A stretch of 63,656 bases of DNA. Origin: Mizuhopecten yessoensis (lineage: Eukaryota). Positions 26,336-39,527 of this stretch are shown one piece after another. The position numbers and the translations under genes were made by a program. The notes below the pieces were generated by a model. It searched no databases. It saw only the letters and a program-made list of their open reading frames with translations, and had not been told where the DNA came from. The stretch covers positions 1,145,654 to 1,209,309 of the forward strand of contig NW_018408820.1 in the NCBI RefSeq assembly GCF_002113885.1. Direction: 5' to 3'. Each line of letters opens with the position of its first letter. Within the stretch, counting starts at the first letter, position 1.

Positions 26336-29300
26336 ATGTCGCGTAAAAACGACCGATCGAAGAAGAACGAAACTGCAGAAAAGGTAAGACCTGTTTTTAA
26401 AGCTTCCTACATTTTGATTTAAAAACAAACAGCTTTGGTGTATATAAACGATACAAGAATGTGTATAACAAATTGAGCGGCCCGAATAAGGAACTGAAAA
26501 GTAGGACATTCTGCAAATACCTTCGTGGAATTTGTTTTTGAGTCCTAATATATATCGGCTGAATTGGTTGAAATCAGTTAGGAATATTATTCAATAGTAT
26601 TAATATATAGAATAAACATTTATAAATAGTATCATACTGTTAGCTAGTCCGAATTATTCTGACGTTTTATCGACTTTTTTATATCGGTCTGTCGTCGATA
26701 AACTGTACAGCCCGCGTTAAAACGTTTCATCAGGCCCTGACACCAGATTTTGACATTTTGACAGAGATGTCTGGTGTGACATCTATCTCTCAAAATGTCT
26801 AAGACTGATAGTCCAGAGTAAACACGGGCTACATGCTATAGCACCATATCATTTCTTAATTCCAAAACCATTGGTTCCTTGCCCTGAATTGTAGAACCAG
26901 GATGATGAATATTATGCAAATACATGACAGCATTTTCATGAAATAAAATTAGACCAGGGCCCAGTTGTTCAAAAGGTGATAAGCTTAATCAGTGATTAGA
27001 TTTTTTTTGATTTTTTTTTGTGTAACTTACAAACACAACGGCTGAATAATGTCATTATACAGTGGTTAAGCTAACTGCCTTTTGAACGATTGGACCAAGC
27101 TAGTTGTATGACGAGCCATGATCAATATAAATGCCCATGGACATTTCTGCTGACAGAAAGCTTAAATATTTTACATAAATATTTTACATGCTTTTTCAAC
27201 TGATCCCATTTAGCTTTTGTTGTCAAATACTTTGTATTTTTGCTAACTTTATCCAACCATATCATTCACATTCAACTCTCCAATGCTCTGGTCATCTTTT
27301 TGACAATAGTATAATCAATAGGGGATATAAAAAAATGTCATTTTCTGGGTAATTAATTCATCTATGGAACATGGGGCTAGACTTGTAAGCCGAATCTACA
27401 TATTTATTCAATTTATTTTGTCATATGTGTCATCAAGTATATTGGTATTGAATTTGAAACAGGTGAAGGAGATACAAATGCGACAGAAAAACTGGTTTAA
27501 ACAACGTGAGGAACACTTAGAAAGAAAAGGAAGCTCTCCCCAAATAAAAGACTTACCTGACAACAGTAAGTTTGAGATAGAACTTTTTACTGTAGCATGT
27601 TAGCGAATAAAATATTAAAATAATTCCAAATTTTATTTGAGAGAACCATGAGATTAAGATGAACTGATCATGGACACAATTTTTTCCTTTAACTTATGTT
27701 TTATTTTTCAATGGTACTTTTCATATCCTTCAGATTTATGAATTATTGAATATATTTGCTAAAAACTTATGAACAGGTATTAATATGTATTTCAAATTTT
27801 GATCATGCCATTGACTCTGATTGTTAATAAAAACTGTATTAAACCAGTGATACTATTTATAAATAACAAATAAATATAGTGTGTAGTGTTGTATATACTT
27901 TGTTTCTCAGATTTTGCATGTAGGTCACTTAAAATAAGATAGTATGGATTCTGTACTATAATGCCTAATATATTGCAGAAACATCCAAGAAGTTGGATTA
28001 CAATGTCTCAACTAAAAGTAAAAGTGGATTAGGAAAATTTGATCTGCAAGATGAACCAAGAAGTGTTGAAAAAACTAAAGCTGCTAATATAGGTAAAGTA
28101 CAGCCGAAAGGGAAGTTTAAACACTGGTTGGAAGCCAGGGAGTCACAGAAAGGAAAGGAAGATGACCAGTGGAACAAGGACAGAGATTCAGTTAATATTC
28201 TAAGAGTGTCCAGTTCCAGAAGTCCTGAATTTGCAAGTCCAGAGTCTGACCATTTTGATGACCACAGGACAGCTGGTGGGTCCTACAGAGAAGAACCTTA
28301 CAGAACGCTCAGTGAGAGAACGGGGAGGGATGCCATGAATACCTTGATGTCCCACCAGGATTTTGACGCTCTGGCAGATAGTATTGTAGCTAGGGTCAGA
28401 CAAGGTGTCAACACTGACAGTCGTTCTGGACTGGAAACACAGCAACTCTGGTCACAGGATGTACCCAGTAAATCACATGCACGCTCTTCAGAGGTCGGCA
28501 GGGGTCAGAAAGGTCACACAGATTCCAAAACCAGAGATCGCAAAGGTCAGAAAGAAGTGGATACATCCAGTCATCACTGTCCTTGTTGTCATCGTCTAAT
28601 GGTAAATAAGCACAAGTATTTATGTGTTTGATAAACACAAAGGGTCTAATACTGTATAACATGAAATGGTTGTGGATACTTTCCTTCGTGGTTTGACGCC
28701 ATTTAGATTCACGTTTCGTGGTACAAACTTTCGTGGATATCCTATATCAACAAACAGTAGACACCTGTACCATTAAAATTCGTTGTATTTATGTTTGTGG
28801 TTCCATAGCAACCACGAAAACCACGAATGTGTATACACAACAAACATTTCTTGTTATAGAGTACATAATAAGTTCACAAAAAGTATAAAATATTTCCAAG
28901 TTGGGTGTGTTTTGCATATAAGTAGGACTCTATATTTGGTGTACATGATTAAAGATTCAGCTCATAATTGAACTAATTTTGAAAAATACAAATGTAGCGT
29001 CAAGTTAGAACTTTAGGGGGGGGGGGGGATTCCGGTTTTAGTAGCCTTAAATAACATGAATTTATCTCAAAAGATTTGCAGTACCTACATTTAATATACT
29101 TTCACTGCAGTTTAAGTTATATGTTTGTTCTTAACCCATTTCACCACTGTAGACCATAATGGACTCATCCATATCAATGCATGGTAGAGTCTACTGAAGT
29201 TACATAGGGGTGAAAGGGTTAACTGTAAAAACATTAAATAATTCTATGCCATTTTTTTTTTTTGGAAAAAATGGATCAAAGTTTGTCTTCATCAGAAAAC

Positions 29301-32300
29301 ATCCAGATGAATCCATAACCTATCACAGATTTTATTTATGTTTTATTTAATGGTGTCTCTGTAAAACAAAAAATCCTACTACCACTTACAACAATTTATT
29401 AGGTTGTGATTATCAATTGAGGGAAAATAGAGAAAGAAATCTCAAAAATAGCAGAATTGAAAACATACAGAATTATCTAAGAGTGTTGCTCTAGTGATGA
29501 AAACATTCATTTAATATAGATATAGTTAATCATACATTTCTTAAACTTTTCTTTCAATTATTTAGTGAAAAAGTTAAAAGTTATTAGAGGTTGAACATTT
29601 TTTTTTATGTGGCCTAATCAGAAAAATCAGAACCTGGTTCTGATTTTTCTGATTAGGCCACATAAAAAAATGTTGTGTTTTCGCTAACACTACCTACACC
29701 AGATTGTTGTGCATACCCTAAACATTTTATTGGCATTCAGTGATATGCACTGTGAACTTAACTTTGTATTTCCTAATCATTTCCCAGCACCAGTTTTGAT
29801 CATCTGCTACTTATTGATTCGAACTAGTTTTGCATACAAAGTATATGTTCCATAATCCTTTTTAAATTTTATCTTGATACTTTATGATACATGTACATAC
29901 AAGCACAGGCAGTTTCTATTAAGGTTGTTTGTGTTTCCTAACAGCTGCCACCGAGCAATGTACCCCTCATCAACATACCATGTGGTCACAGTGTGTGCGA
30001 GACGTGTTGTCAGGGGACAGAACTCTGTCCGTCATGTCACTGTCATGTGACCTCAAAGACATGTAACTTGATGCTGCTACAGATCATTCAGGGATATCAC
30101 AACAACGCGTCCAGAAGAAAGGAAGTTAATCGTGAAACTAAGTCATACAGTCCTGAAAATTACAACGAAAAGCATTCTTGTAAGTATACTGAATTTGAAG
30201 TATGCCATTCTATTAATTTTTTCACCCCTGAAGACACATTTGAACTCTTCCAATTTTAAGGTTGGAATAGTTCATTATGATATTTCAGGGGTGAATGAGT
30301 TTATATCTTTTAATGTGTATTAGGGATTGAAATGCATCTTTTTATTGCCTGCCAAAAGTGGAGTATATCATGATAGAAAGTTGTGTGTCCGTTCTTCCCT
30401 CTTATTTTATTTTATACCTATTCGTTGTTCCATCTGTCTGATTACATTACATAGTGACCGGGACTTTTTTTAAGTTTCACAATTTTTTGTTCGATTCTTT
30501 TAAGGTTTGTTATATTTGATAAGAATCATGTAAAAATGTGTAAGTCGTAAAATAGTTGTTGCATTAAATTTTACGAAAGTTATGGTCTTTTTTTAATCCG
30601 ACAATACATGTCAACCTTGTGAATACATTTACAACAGTGTACTGTGCAGTACTACATTTTCCCACCAAGTCATCTGATAAAAATAGTCTGTGTAGTGAGC
30701 ATCATATGAATATATATATAAAGATAATTATAATGGGACGCTGCATTAAATTTTTATAACAATTCTTAAGCTTTAAATATTACATGGTTTAATATGGGCA
30801 AAGGGAGGCAATCCCTGTAAAGATTTGTATTTTTAAATACAAAAATGTTTCTGCAACGTCTAAGCTATAAATAAATAAGTTGATAATAGTAAGATCAGTT
30901 AAGAACCGGGATACTATATATTAGATTGAAAGGACAGTGTTATCTAATAAGGAATTATTCACTCAATTTTGATGTTATATATTGAACACAACAGTAAAAT
31001 CTTTGATAGGTTAGTTTTCAGGTACCATATAATTACATCCGTTTTACATATACATGTTGATAACATGCAATTATTATTACTATCTTTGAATTTAAGTCCT
31101 CTTTAATTTTGTACTCTGATTCCATAGCGAGTTCACAGTCATACAGGGAACAGCATGAGAACTTGATTGCGCGCCAGGATGTGTTGCTAGCCGAGGCGGA
31201 CTCCATTAAAAGTACCATGGATACGCTGTCCAATCAGATCCACCGACAACAGCGTCAGGTACACAGCATCGCACAGGAGGAGACCAAGCTACGGAAGCAG
31301 ATGAAAGAACTGGAGGACAAGCTACAGCAGCTGACATCTCATAGAGAAGGGTACTCCAAAGAACAGGACCAACTACAGCACAAGTACAACACCGAAGCCA
31401 ACAGACTCAACCTGATAAAGGAAACGCTCCTGTCCCTGGAGATAGAGGTGGAGAAGGTTAGTATCCTCACACTGTAGGTACTGTATACTGAATGTAGAAT
31501 ATCAATTACCAATTTACGCTCTCTAGTTAAATATACCAGTGTGGCAGATTTTAATTGTGTATATAGGGTTGCAGTTGCCTTCTAGACGGAATTTCCTTTT
31601 AGCTCAGTGGTAAGAACATCAAACTAGGAAGTCTTCTCTATTTCCTGTTACATAAGTGTACTACACTGAACGTCTTTATCATATACTTGTCCCGGAATAG
31701 GGTTGTTTTGCATGTGTGATAGTGTTAGCTTTGTATAGGCTATATCCCAGACCAACCCACATCTGCCTGGCACACGCCATATCCTCCGCCTGGCACACGC
31801 CATATCCGCCTGGCACACGCCATACATGAATCTGTTTAACTTCCCGTTAAACACTTTTCGGGGGGAAAAAATCACACCTCAAACTGGTAGCATACACTGT
31901 CTGTATATGTGCTTTTCAGTTCATTGCATTTTATTTAAGGTAGAATGTGATTATAGTTAATTAAGCTCATGAAATATAAATTTTCTATGTGTTTTATGTG
32001 TTATTGCTTATAAAAAGTTTACCATATGACCATTTCCATTGTCTATTCCGTATCAGCACTCAACCCATATCAGCCCTTGGGCTGCTGCCCCTAGGCTGAT
32101 ATAGCCAATACGGAGCAAGATATGGAAACCATCTTTTGATAATGCCACAGATATGAGTTTTTATGCAGACAAATACAAACGTACATTCACAAGAATGTGT
32201 AATACACATAATTAATGAAATTTATGAGTGCTATCTGCGATTTCAGATAAAGACATATCAAGTGTTTATCTTTTATGTCAATTATGACATACCAACAACT

Positions 32301-32707
32301 ATTCTTTAATAATATCAAACATTAAAACCTCTTTATACTGCCACCATTAGTCCACAGAAATTTTGACATTTTAAAGGGGTTTGGTAATGAATTGAGGGAA
32401 ATGTATAAAGGAATTCTTAAAGACACGAGAAAAAGGGACTTTGAAATACATTGGCAATAAACAAGGTGGCAATGAAATGAGGGGCATTATAAATACCCAG
32501 TAACAGGAAATATAGTCAGGATTTTCCCATGATATCATAATCAAATGACCCAGAACATAAGCGTTTGAGGCACCATGTATTATAGTTCTGTCAATTCATT
32601 AACAAGTTTGTCCTTTGCTATTGTAATACAATATTTTCTATGTAAATGTTTAATGCAATTTTTTGTCATGTCTTGGACAGGTCCAGCTGCTGGCAGAGGT
32701 CAGATGA
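26336..32707 (+). CDS. Uncharacterised RING-HC (C3HC4) finger plus coiled-coil protein, about 454 aa (putative E3 ligase)
   Basis: Exons 26336-26383, 27463-27565, 27979-28601, 29945-30179, 31128-31456 and 32681-32707. All introns are GT-AG and the phases join into one ORF. The RING (CPCC..CGH..CETC..CPSC) is split by intron 3, and the C-terminus is heptad-rich. The first and last exons are the least certain. Confidence 0.78.
29130..29222. mobile_element. About 90-bp TTAA-flanked mini-MITE (piggyBac-like); further copies at about 40298-40389 and 61965-62054, sister family at about 30212-30302 and 44270-44361
   Basis: TTAA-CCC.TTCACC...GGTGAAAGGG-TTAA inverted termini, repeated in the window. 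Confidence 0.75.
29594..29674. repeat. About 80-bp palindrome with a 1-nt loop, in RING gene intron 3
   Basis: AACATTTT..ATGTGGCCTAATCAGAAAAATCAGAACC-T-GGTTCTGATTTTTCTGATTAGGCCACATAAAA..TGTT. Confidence 0.85.
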
Positions 32708-32729
32708 TAAGTAGATTTTATTCCTGAAG

Positions 32730-33190
32730 ATCCATCCCCGATATCGAAGATAATAAGGAAACAATATCGCTGATTATCCGGCCTGGATACCAGAGCTGAT
32801 AAGGGGACAATATCCCTGATTATCAGGTCTGGATACTAGGGTATTAGGGAGACAATTTCCCTGATGATAGAGTCTGGTTACTGGAGATGATAGGGAAATG
32901 ATATCCCTGATGCTCTGGCCTAGTTACTGGAGATAATAGGGAAATGATATCCTGATGATCTGGCCTAGTTACTGGAGATAATAGGGAAATGATATCCCTG
33001 ATGATCTGGCCTAGTTACTGGAGATATTAGGAAGACAATATCCCTGATGATCAAGCCTGGATACCAGAGTATTAGGGAGACAGTTTCCCTGATGATAGAG
33101 TCTGGTTACTGGAGATAAAAGGGAAATGATATCCCTGATGATCCGGCCTAGTTACTGGAGATATTATAGGAAGACAACACCCTGATGATT
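32730..33190. repeat. About 45-bp degenerate minisatellite in the presumed 3' UTR of the RING gene
   Basis: Repeating GATATCCCTGATGATCTGGCCTAGTTACTGGAGATAATAGGGAAAT. Confidence 0.8.
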
Positions 33191-34009
33191 TACCAGTGAT
33201 AACAAAAGTGACCCTGATAGTGTAGATACCATATAGTGTTCATGACAACCAGTGTCCACCCCGGATAAAACCCAGTGAACTAGAACACAAACTCATAACT
33301 TATATCATGTATTTATGGTTCCCTGAACAGCATTATTCTGTGATATGTTGAATTTATTTGTTATTTAAAAAAATAAGTGCCTGTTGATCGGGAATGAATT
33401 TTACAAAGAATTATTTAAAGGAGATGAGGAGTCGGGACATGGGTCAAAAAGGGCTCTTTAATCATTTATAGAATCTTAGTTGTAGTAATTTCTGAATATA
33501 AACTTTTTTCATGTTTGTTAAAAAGATTTATTTAGCTGAACTTTTCAATAAGTAGTTTCATTGAAATATGCCTGATTTCCTCCTCATTTCTGCACTGTAT
33601 ACATTCTATATGGAATGAAAAGCTTCTACTAAATCACTATTTTCAATAAGCTGAAAATAAAAAGTTTTAGCTTACAGTATACCATATGTGTTTGTTATTC
33701 ATTTCATCAGAGTTATGAACTACACAAAAATAACGTACACTATATAATTGCACTCATATTTCTGTATATGAACGACACAGGTCATGACTTAAAACTACAG
33801 TTATCATTCCTGAGAATGAAGAACTACACTGATTTTATATTTAGCTATTGTTATTAATTAGCACTTTCAAATTAAACTTTAAATGCAAGTTATCGCCAAA
33901 ATAAATGTGTTTATGGATTAAAATCTGGGTTGCTTCATTAAGTAAAATTCACAAAATAAGTGTTGATTGGACACAGAAGATTAATGATTGCTGTTTAATG
34001 AGACTTCAT

Positions 34010-36660
34010 GGACAGTTGGACACTAGATTATTGGTGGCTGTAAAGTGGGATACTGGATCAGCGATGGCTGGAGAGTGAGACACTATCATTGGTGGCTTGA
34101 GAGTGGCACACGAGATCAGCTGTGACTGGAGTGTGGGACACTGGATTGTTGGTGGCTGGGGAGTGGGACACTAGATTATTGGTGGCTGTAAAGCGGGACA
34201 CCAGATCAGCGATGGCTGGAGAATGAGACACTTTTATTGGTGGCTTGAGAGTGGGTCACCAAGTCAGCTGTGGCTTGGAGTGGGACACTGGATCAGTGGT
34301 GGCTGGAGAGTAGGACACTGGATCAGTGGTGGCTTGGCGTGGGACACTGGATAAGTGGTGGCTGGAGAGTGGGACACTGGATAGGTGGTGGCTTGGAGTG
34401 GGACACTGGATCAGTGGTGGCTGGAGAGTGGGACACTGAATAAGTGGTGGCTTGGGAGTGGGACACTGGATCAGTGGTGGCTGGGGGGGGGGACACTTGA
34501 TCAGTGGTGGCTGGGGGGTGGGACACTTGATCAGTGGTGGCTGGGGAGTGGGACACTTGATCAGTGGTGGCTGGGGAGTGGGACACTGGAACAGTGGTGG
34601 CTGGAGAGTGGGACACTGAATAAGTGGTGGCTTGGGAGTGGGACACTGGATCAGTGGTGGCTGGAGAGTGGGACACTGGATCAATGGTGGCTTGGAGTGG
34701 GACACTGGATCAATGGTGGCAGGGGAGTGAGACACTGGATCAATGATGGCTGGAGAGTGGGACACTGGGCCAGTCTTGGCTTGACAGTGAAACACTGGAT
34801 CAGTGGTGGCTGGGGAGGGGGACACTTGATCAGTGGTGGCTGGGGGGTGGGACACTGGATCAGTGATGGCTGGGGAGTGGGACACTGGATCAATGGTGGC
34901 TGGGGAGTGGGATACTAGATCAGTGGTGGCTGGGGAGTGGGACACTGGATCAGTGGTGGTTGGGGAGTGGGATACTGGATCAGTGGTGGTTGGGGAGTGG
35001 GACACTGGATCAATGGTGGTTGGGGAGTGGGATACTAGATCAGTGGTGGTTTGGGAGTGGGACACTGGAACAGTGGTGGCTGGTGAGTGGGACACTGGAT
35101 CAGTGATGGCTGGAGAGTGGGACACTGGATCAGTGGTGGCTGGGGAGTGGGACACTGGATCAGTGATGGCTGGAAAGTGGGACACTGGATCAACGGTGGC
35201 AGAGGAGTGAGACACTGGATCAAAGATGGCTGGAGAGTGGGACACTGGGCCAGTCTTGGCTTGACAGTGGGACACTGGATCAGTGGTGGCTGGAGAGTGG
35301 GACACTGGGCCAGTCTTGGTTTGACAGTGAGACACTGGATCAGTGGTGGCTGGAGAGTGGGACACTCGGCCAGTCTTGGCTTGACAGTGGGATACTGGAT
35401 CAGTGGTGGTTGGGGAGTAGGACACTGGATCAGTGATGGCTGGAGAGTGGGACACTGGATCAATGGTGGCAGGGGAGTGAGATACTGGATCAGTGGTGGT
35501 TGGGGAGTGGGATACTGGATCAGTGGTGGTTGGGGAGTTAGACACTGGATCAGTGGTGGCTGGAGAGTGGAACACTGGGCCAGTCTTGGCTTGACAGTGA
35601 GACACTGGATCAGTGCTGGCTGGGGAGTGGGACACTGGATCAGTGATAGCTGGGGAGTGGGGCACTGGATCAGTGATGACTGGAGAGTGGGACACTGGAT
35701 TATTGGTGTCTTGACAGGAACACTGGATCAGTGGTGGCTGGAGAGTGGAACACTGGGCCAGTCTTGGCTTGACAGTGAGACACTGGATCAGTGCTGGCTG
35801 GGGAGTGGGACACTGGAACAGTGGTGGCTGGGGAGTGGAACACTGGATCAGTGATAGCTGGGGAGTGGGGCACTGGATCAGTGATGGCTGGAGAGTGGGA
35901 CACTGGATTATTGGTGTCTTGACAGGAACACTGGATCAGTGGTAGCTGGGGAGTGGGACACTGAATTATGTATAGTTGGAGAGTGGGACACTGGATCGGT
36001 TGTGACTGTAGAGTGGGACTGTGGATTTATGGTGGCTGTAGAGTGGGACTGGATTGATGGTGGCTGTAGAGTGGGACTGTGAATTGATGGCTGTAGAGTG
36101 GGACTGTGGATTGATGGTAGCTGTAAAGTAGGATTGTGGATTGATGGTGGCTGTAGAGTGGGATTTTGGATTGATGATGGCTGTAGAGTGGGACTGTGGA
36201 TTGGTGGTGGCTGTAGAGTGGGACTGTGGATTGATAGTGGCTGTAGAGTGGGACTGGATTGATGGTGGCTGTAGAGTGGGATTGTGGATTTATGGTGGCT
36301 GTAGAGTGGGACTGGATTGATGGTGGCTGTAGAGTGGGACTGTGAATTGATGGCTGTAGAGTGGGACTGTGGATTGATGGTAGCTGTAGAGTAGGATTGT
36401 GGATTGATGGTGGCTGTAGAGTGGGATTGTGGATTGATGGTGGCTGTAGAGTGGGACTGTGGATTGATGGTGGATGTAGAGTGGGACTGTGGATTTATGG
36501 TGGCTGTAGAGTGGGACTGGATTGATGGAGGCTGTAGAGTGGGACTGTGAATTGATGGCTGTAGAGTGGGACTGTGGATTGATGGTAGCTGTAGAGTAGG
36601 ATTGTGGATTGATGCTGGCTGTAGAGTGGGACTGTGGATTTATGGTGGCTTGACAGAGAG
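34010..36660. repeat. Bipartite 30-bp G-rich minisatellite
   Basis: Unit GGGACACTGGATCAGTGGTGGCTGGGGAGT up to about 35995, then the related unit GGGACTGTGGATTGATGGTGGCTGTAGAGT up to about 36660. Confidence 0.95.
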
Positions 36661-36930
36661 ACATTATGCTTGTGGGGACAGATTAATAAGGTTCATCAAT
36701 ATAGGAAGCATCAGCTACCTGTACCTACTGAAGTGATTATTTTATCATATTGTATTAAAAGTGTTGAATTAGTTTACATGATAATATCAGTGCCAATAAT
36801 AACATTAGTAACAACAGGGGTTGGAGACCCAACGTCCCTGCAAGGAAGTCAGTTCCATAATGGCGGTAGGGGTCCTGGGGTGGATAACTTAATGGTATTC
36901 AACAGTGCTCATCAGGGAAAGCAGAGCAAA

Positions 36931-37092
36931 TGAAAAAAGAAATGATGAGCAACAACACCACTGAATCAGGTACAAAATGTAATGTAGGATGTACATCCTA
37001 AAGGCCGAAACATGTCAGCACTTCGGATGTAAATCATACATTACATTTTGTACCGGATTCAGTGGTGGTGTTGCTCATCATTTCTATTTTCA
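36931..37092. repeat. About 160-bp foldback (inverted repeat with a short loop)
   Basis: AAATGATGAGCAACAACACCACTGAATC.GGTACAAAATGTAATGTA pairs with TACATTACATTTTGTACCGGATTCAGTGGTGGTGTTGCTCATCATTT. Confidence 0.85.
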
Positions 37093-37149
37093 AGGTTCCA
37101 TTTAATATAATTTACACTAAAGATAGATCTGCATTTAATACATGTACTT

Positions 37150-37425
37150 TGAAATAAAAAAAGGCACGTGGCTAGCTAATTGATTGATTGGCTAAACAAC
37201 CTGACCAATTGCTAGGCTGATACCTGTCCTTTGAGGATTACAAGGAAGGGACACTCGACTTCAAAGCCAGTTAATTTCACTGTATAAAAAAATATTCAAA
37301 CTGATCTTCCTGTTTCATCCATAAGGTGGCACACACCGAGTCTTCGGTTTTGTTTTGACATATATATATGATATTCCAGGGGTGCAGAAAGCCAAAGTAA
37401 GTGTATCCCCAGGGTATCGAGGATG
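37150..37425. mobile_element. MITE family B, partial copy
   Basis: Homologous to 52240-52598; ends in TATCGAGGATG. Confidence 0.7.
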
Positions 37426-38007
37426 TCATGTCTCTGAATTAAGTAGACAGTGTATCTGTTTACATATCTCCAAAGACTGGAACAATATTTCCACAAATTC
37501 ATGTCACCACATACATTTGTATAGTTCCTTTTTTCAGAAATCCAAGAAAGTTTAACACAACAAAAATAAAAGAATTCCCAGCCACTTTACATCTTTATTT
37601 ATGTAAACCGACATCTTCATCCACCAATCAATTATCACAACTAAGTAAAATTACTAAAATATTCAACTGGACGGTTCCGAGTACACAATTGTGATATAAA
37701 CAAAATTATAAATAATTTTGTATCATGTATATGTTATTTCAAACACTTTGGCATCTTTCATGGAATTACATTAGTTTTTTTTTAATCAGTGAATGTTAGT
37801 GATAAGGGTCCTATGACCAAAGTGCTACACAGTGAAATAACATGTCATACGAATAATTAAAAGGCATGAATACAAATGGCGTCATCACTGATTATATGTA
37901 GATTACCAGATGTAAGTCTGTATATGTACATGTTACCATGTTGTACCAGTTGGGGCTAATGTTGGATATATTTTCACCGACTCATGGTCAACATTCACCA
38001 ATAAAAT

Positions 38008-39527
38008 CCAACTGGTCTGGACCCAACTGATAACAGACTACATCATGACAACTGGGCGGGATCCAGCTGATAACAGACTACACCATGTCAACTGGTCTGG
38101 ACCCCACTGATAACAGACTACATCATGTCAACTGGTCTGGACCCAACTGATAACAGACTACATCATGACAACTGGTCTGGATCCAACTGATAACAGACTA
38201 CACCATGTCAACTGGTCTGGACCCAACTGATAACAGACTACATCATGTCAACTGGTCTGGACGCAACTGATAACAGACTACATCATGACAACTGGTCTGG
38301 ACCCAACTGATAATAGACTACATCATGACAACTGGTCTGGACCCAACTTATTACAGACTACATAATGACAACTGGTCTGGACCCATCTGATAACAGACTA
38401 CATCATGACAACTGGTCTGGACCCAACGGATAACAGACTACATTAAGACAACTGGTCTGGATCCAAATGATAACAGACTACATAATGACAACGGGTCTGG
38501 ACCCATCTGATAACAGTCTACATCACGACAACTGGGCTGGACCCAACTGAAAACAGAATTTATCATGACAACTTGTCTGGCCCCAACTGAAAACAGAATT
38601 TATCATGACAACTGATATGGACCCAACTGATAATAGACTACATCATGACAACTGGTCTGGACCCAACTGAAAACAGAGTTTATCATGACAACTGGTCTGG
38701 ACCCAACTGATAACAGACTACATCAAGACAACTGGTCTGGATCCAACTGATAACAGACTACATCATGTCAACTGGTCTGGACCCAACTGATAACAGACTC
38801 CATCATGTCAACTGGTCTGGACCCAACTGATAACAGATTACATCATGACAACTGGTATGGACCCAACTGATAATAGACTACATCATGACAACTGGTCTGG
38901 ACCCAACTGATTACAGACTACATATTGACAACCGGTCTGGACCCAACTGATAACAGACTACATCATGACAACTGGTCTGGCCCCAACTGATAACAGACTA
39001 CATCATGACAACTGGTCTGGACCCAAATGATAACAGATTACATCATGACAACTGGTCTGGACCCAAATGATAACAGACTATATCATGACAACTGGTCTGG
39101 ACCCAACTGATAACAGATTACATCATGACAACTGGTCTGACCCAAATGATAACAGACTATATCATGACAACTGCTCTGGACCCAACTGATAACAGACTTT
39201 ATCATGACAACTGGTCTGGACCCAACTGATAACAGACTACATCACGACAACTTGTCTGGACCCAACTGATAACAGATTACATCATGACAACTGGTCTGGA
39301 CCCAACTGAAAACAGAATTTATCATGACAACTGGTCTGGACCCAACTGATAACAGACTACATCATGACAACTGGTCTGGACCCAACTGATAACAGACCAC
39401 ATCATGTCAACTGGTCTGGACCCAATGGATTACAGACTACATCATAACAACTGGTCTGGACCCAACCGATAATAGATTACATCATGACAACTGGTTTGGA
39501 CCCAACTGATCACAGACTACATCATGC
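38008..39527. repeat. 40-bp minisatellite (CAACTGGTCTGGACCCAACTGATAACAGACTACATCATGA), about 38 copies
   Basis: Exact 40-bp periodicity is visible. Confidence 0.96.

Noticed and set aside
34256-35945. Long ORFs (479 aa SHSPATTDPV mucin-like; WISGGWGVGH and similar repeats)
   Set aside because: They arise in several frames on both strands from a 30-bp minisatellite, with frameshifting unit-length variants. There is no unique sequence, signal peptide or splice context.
38008-39527. Regularly spaced repeats superficially like a CRISPR array (also 16730-17310 and 57946-58392)
   Set aside because: The units are contiguous with no unique spacers, there are no cas genes, and the context is eukaryotic.
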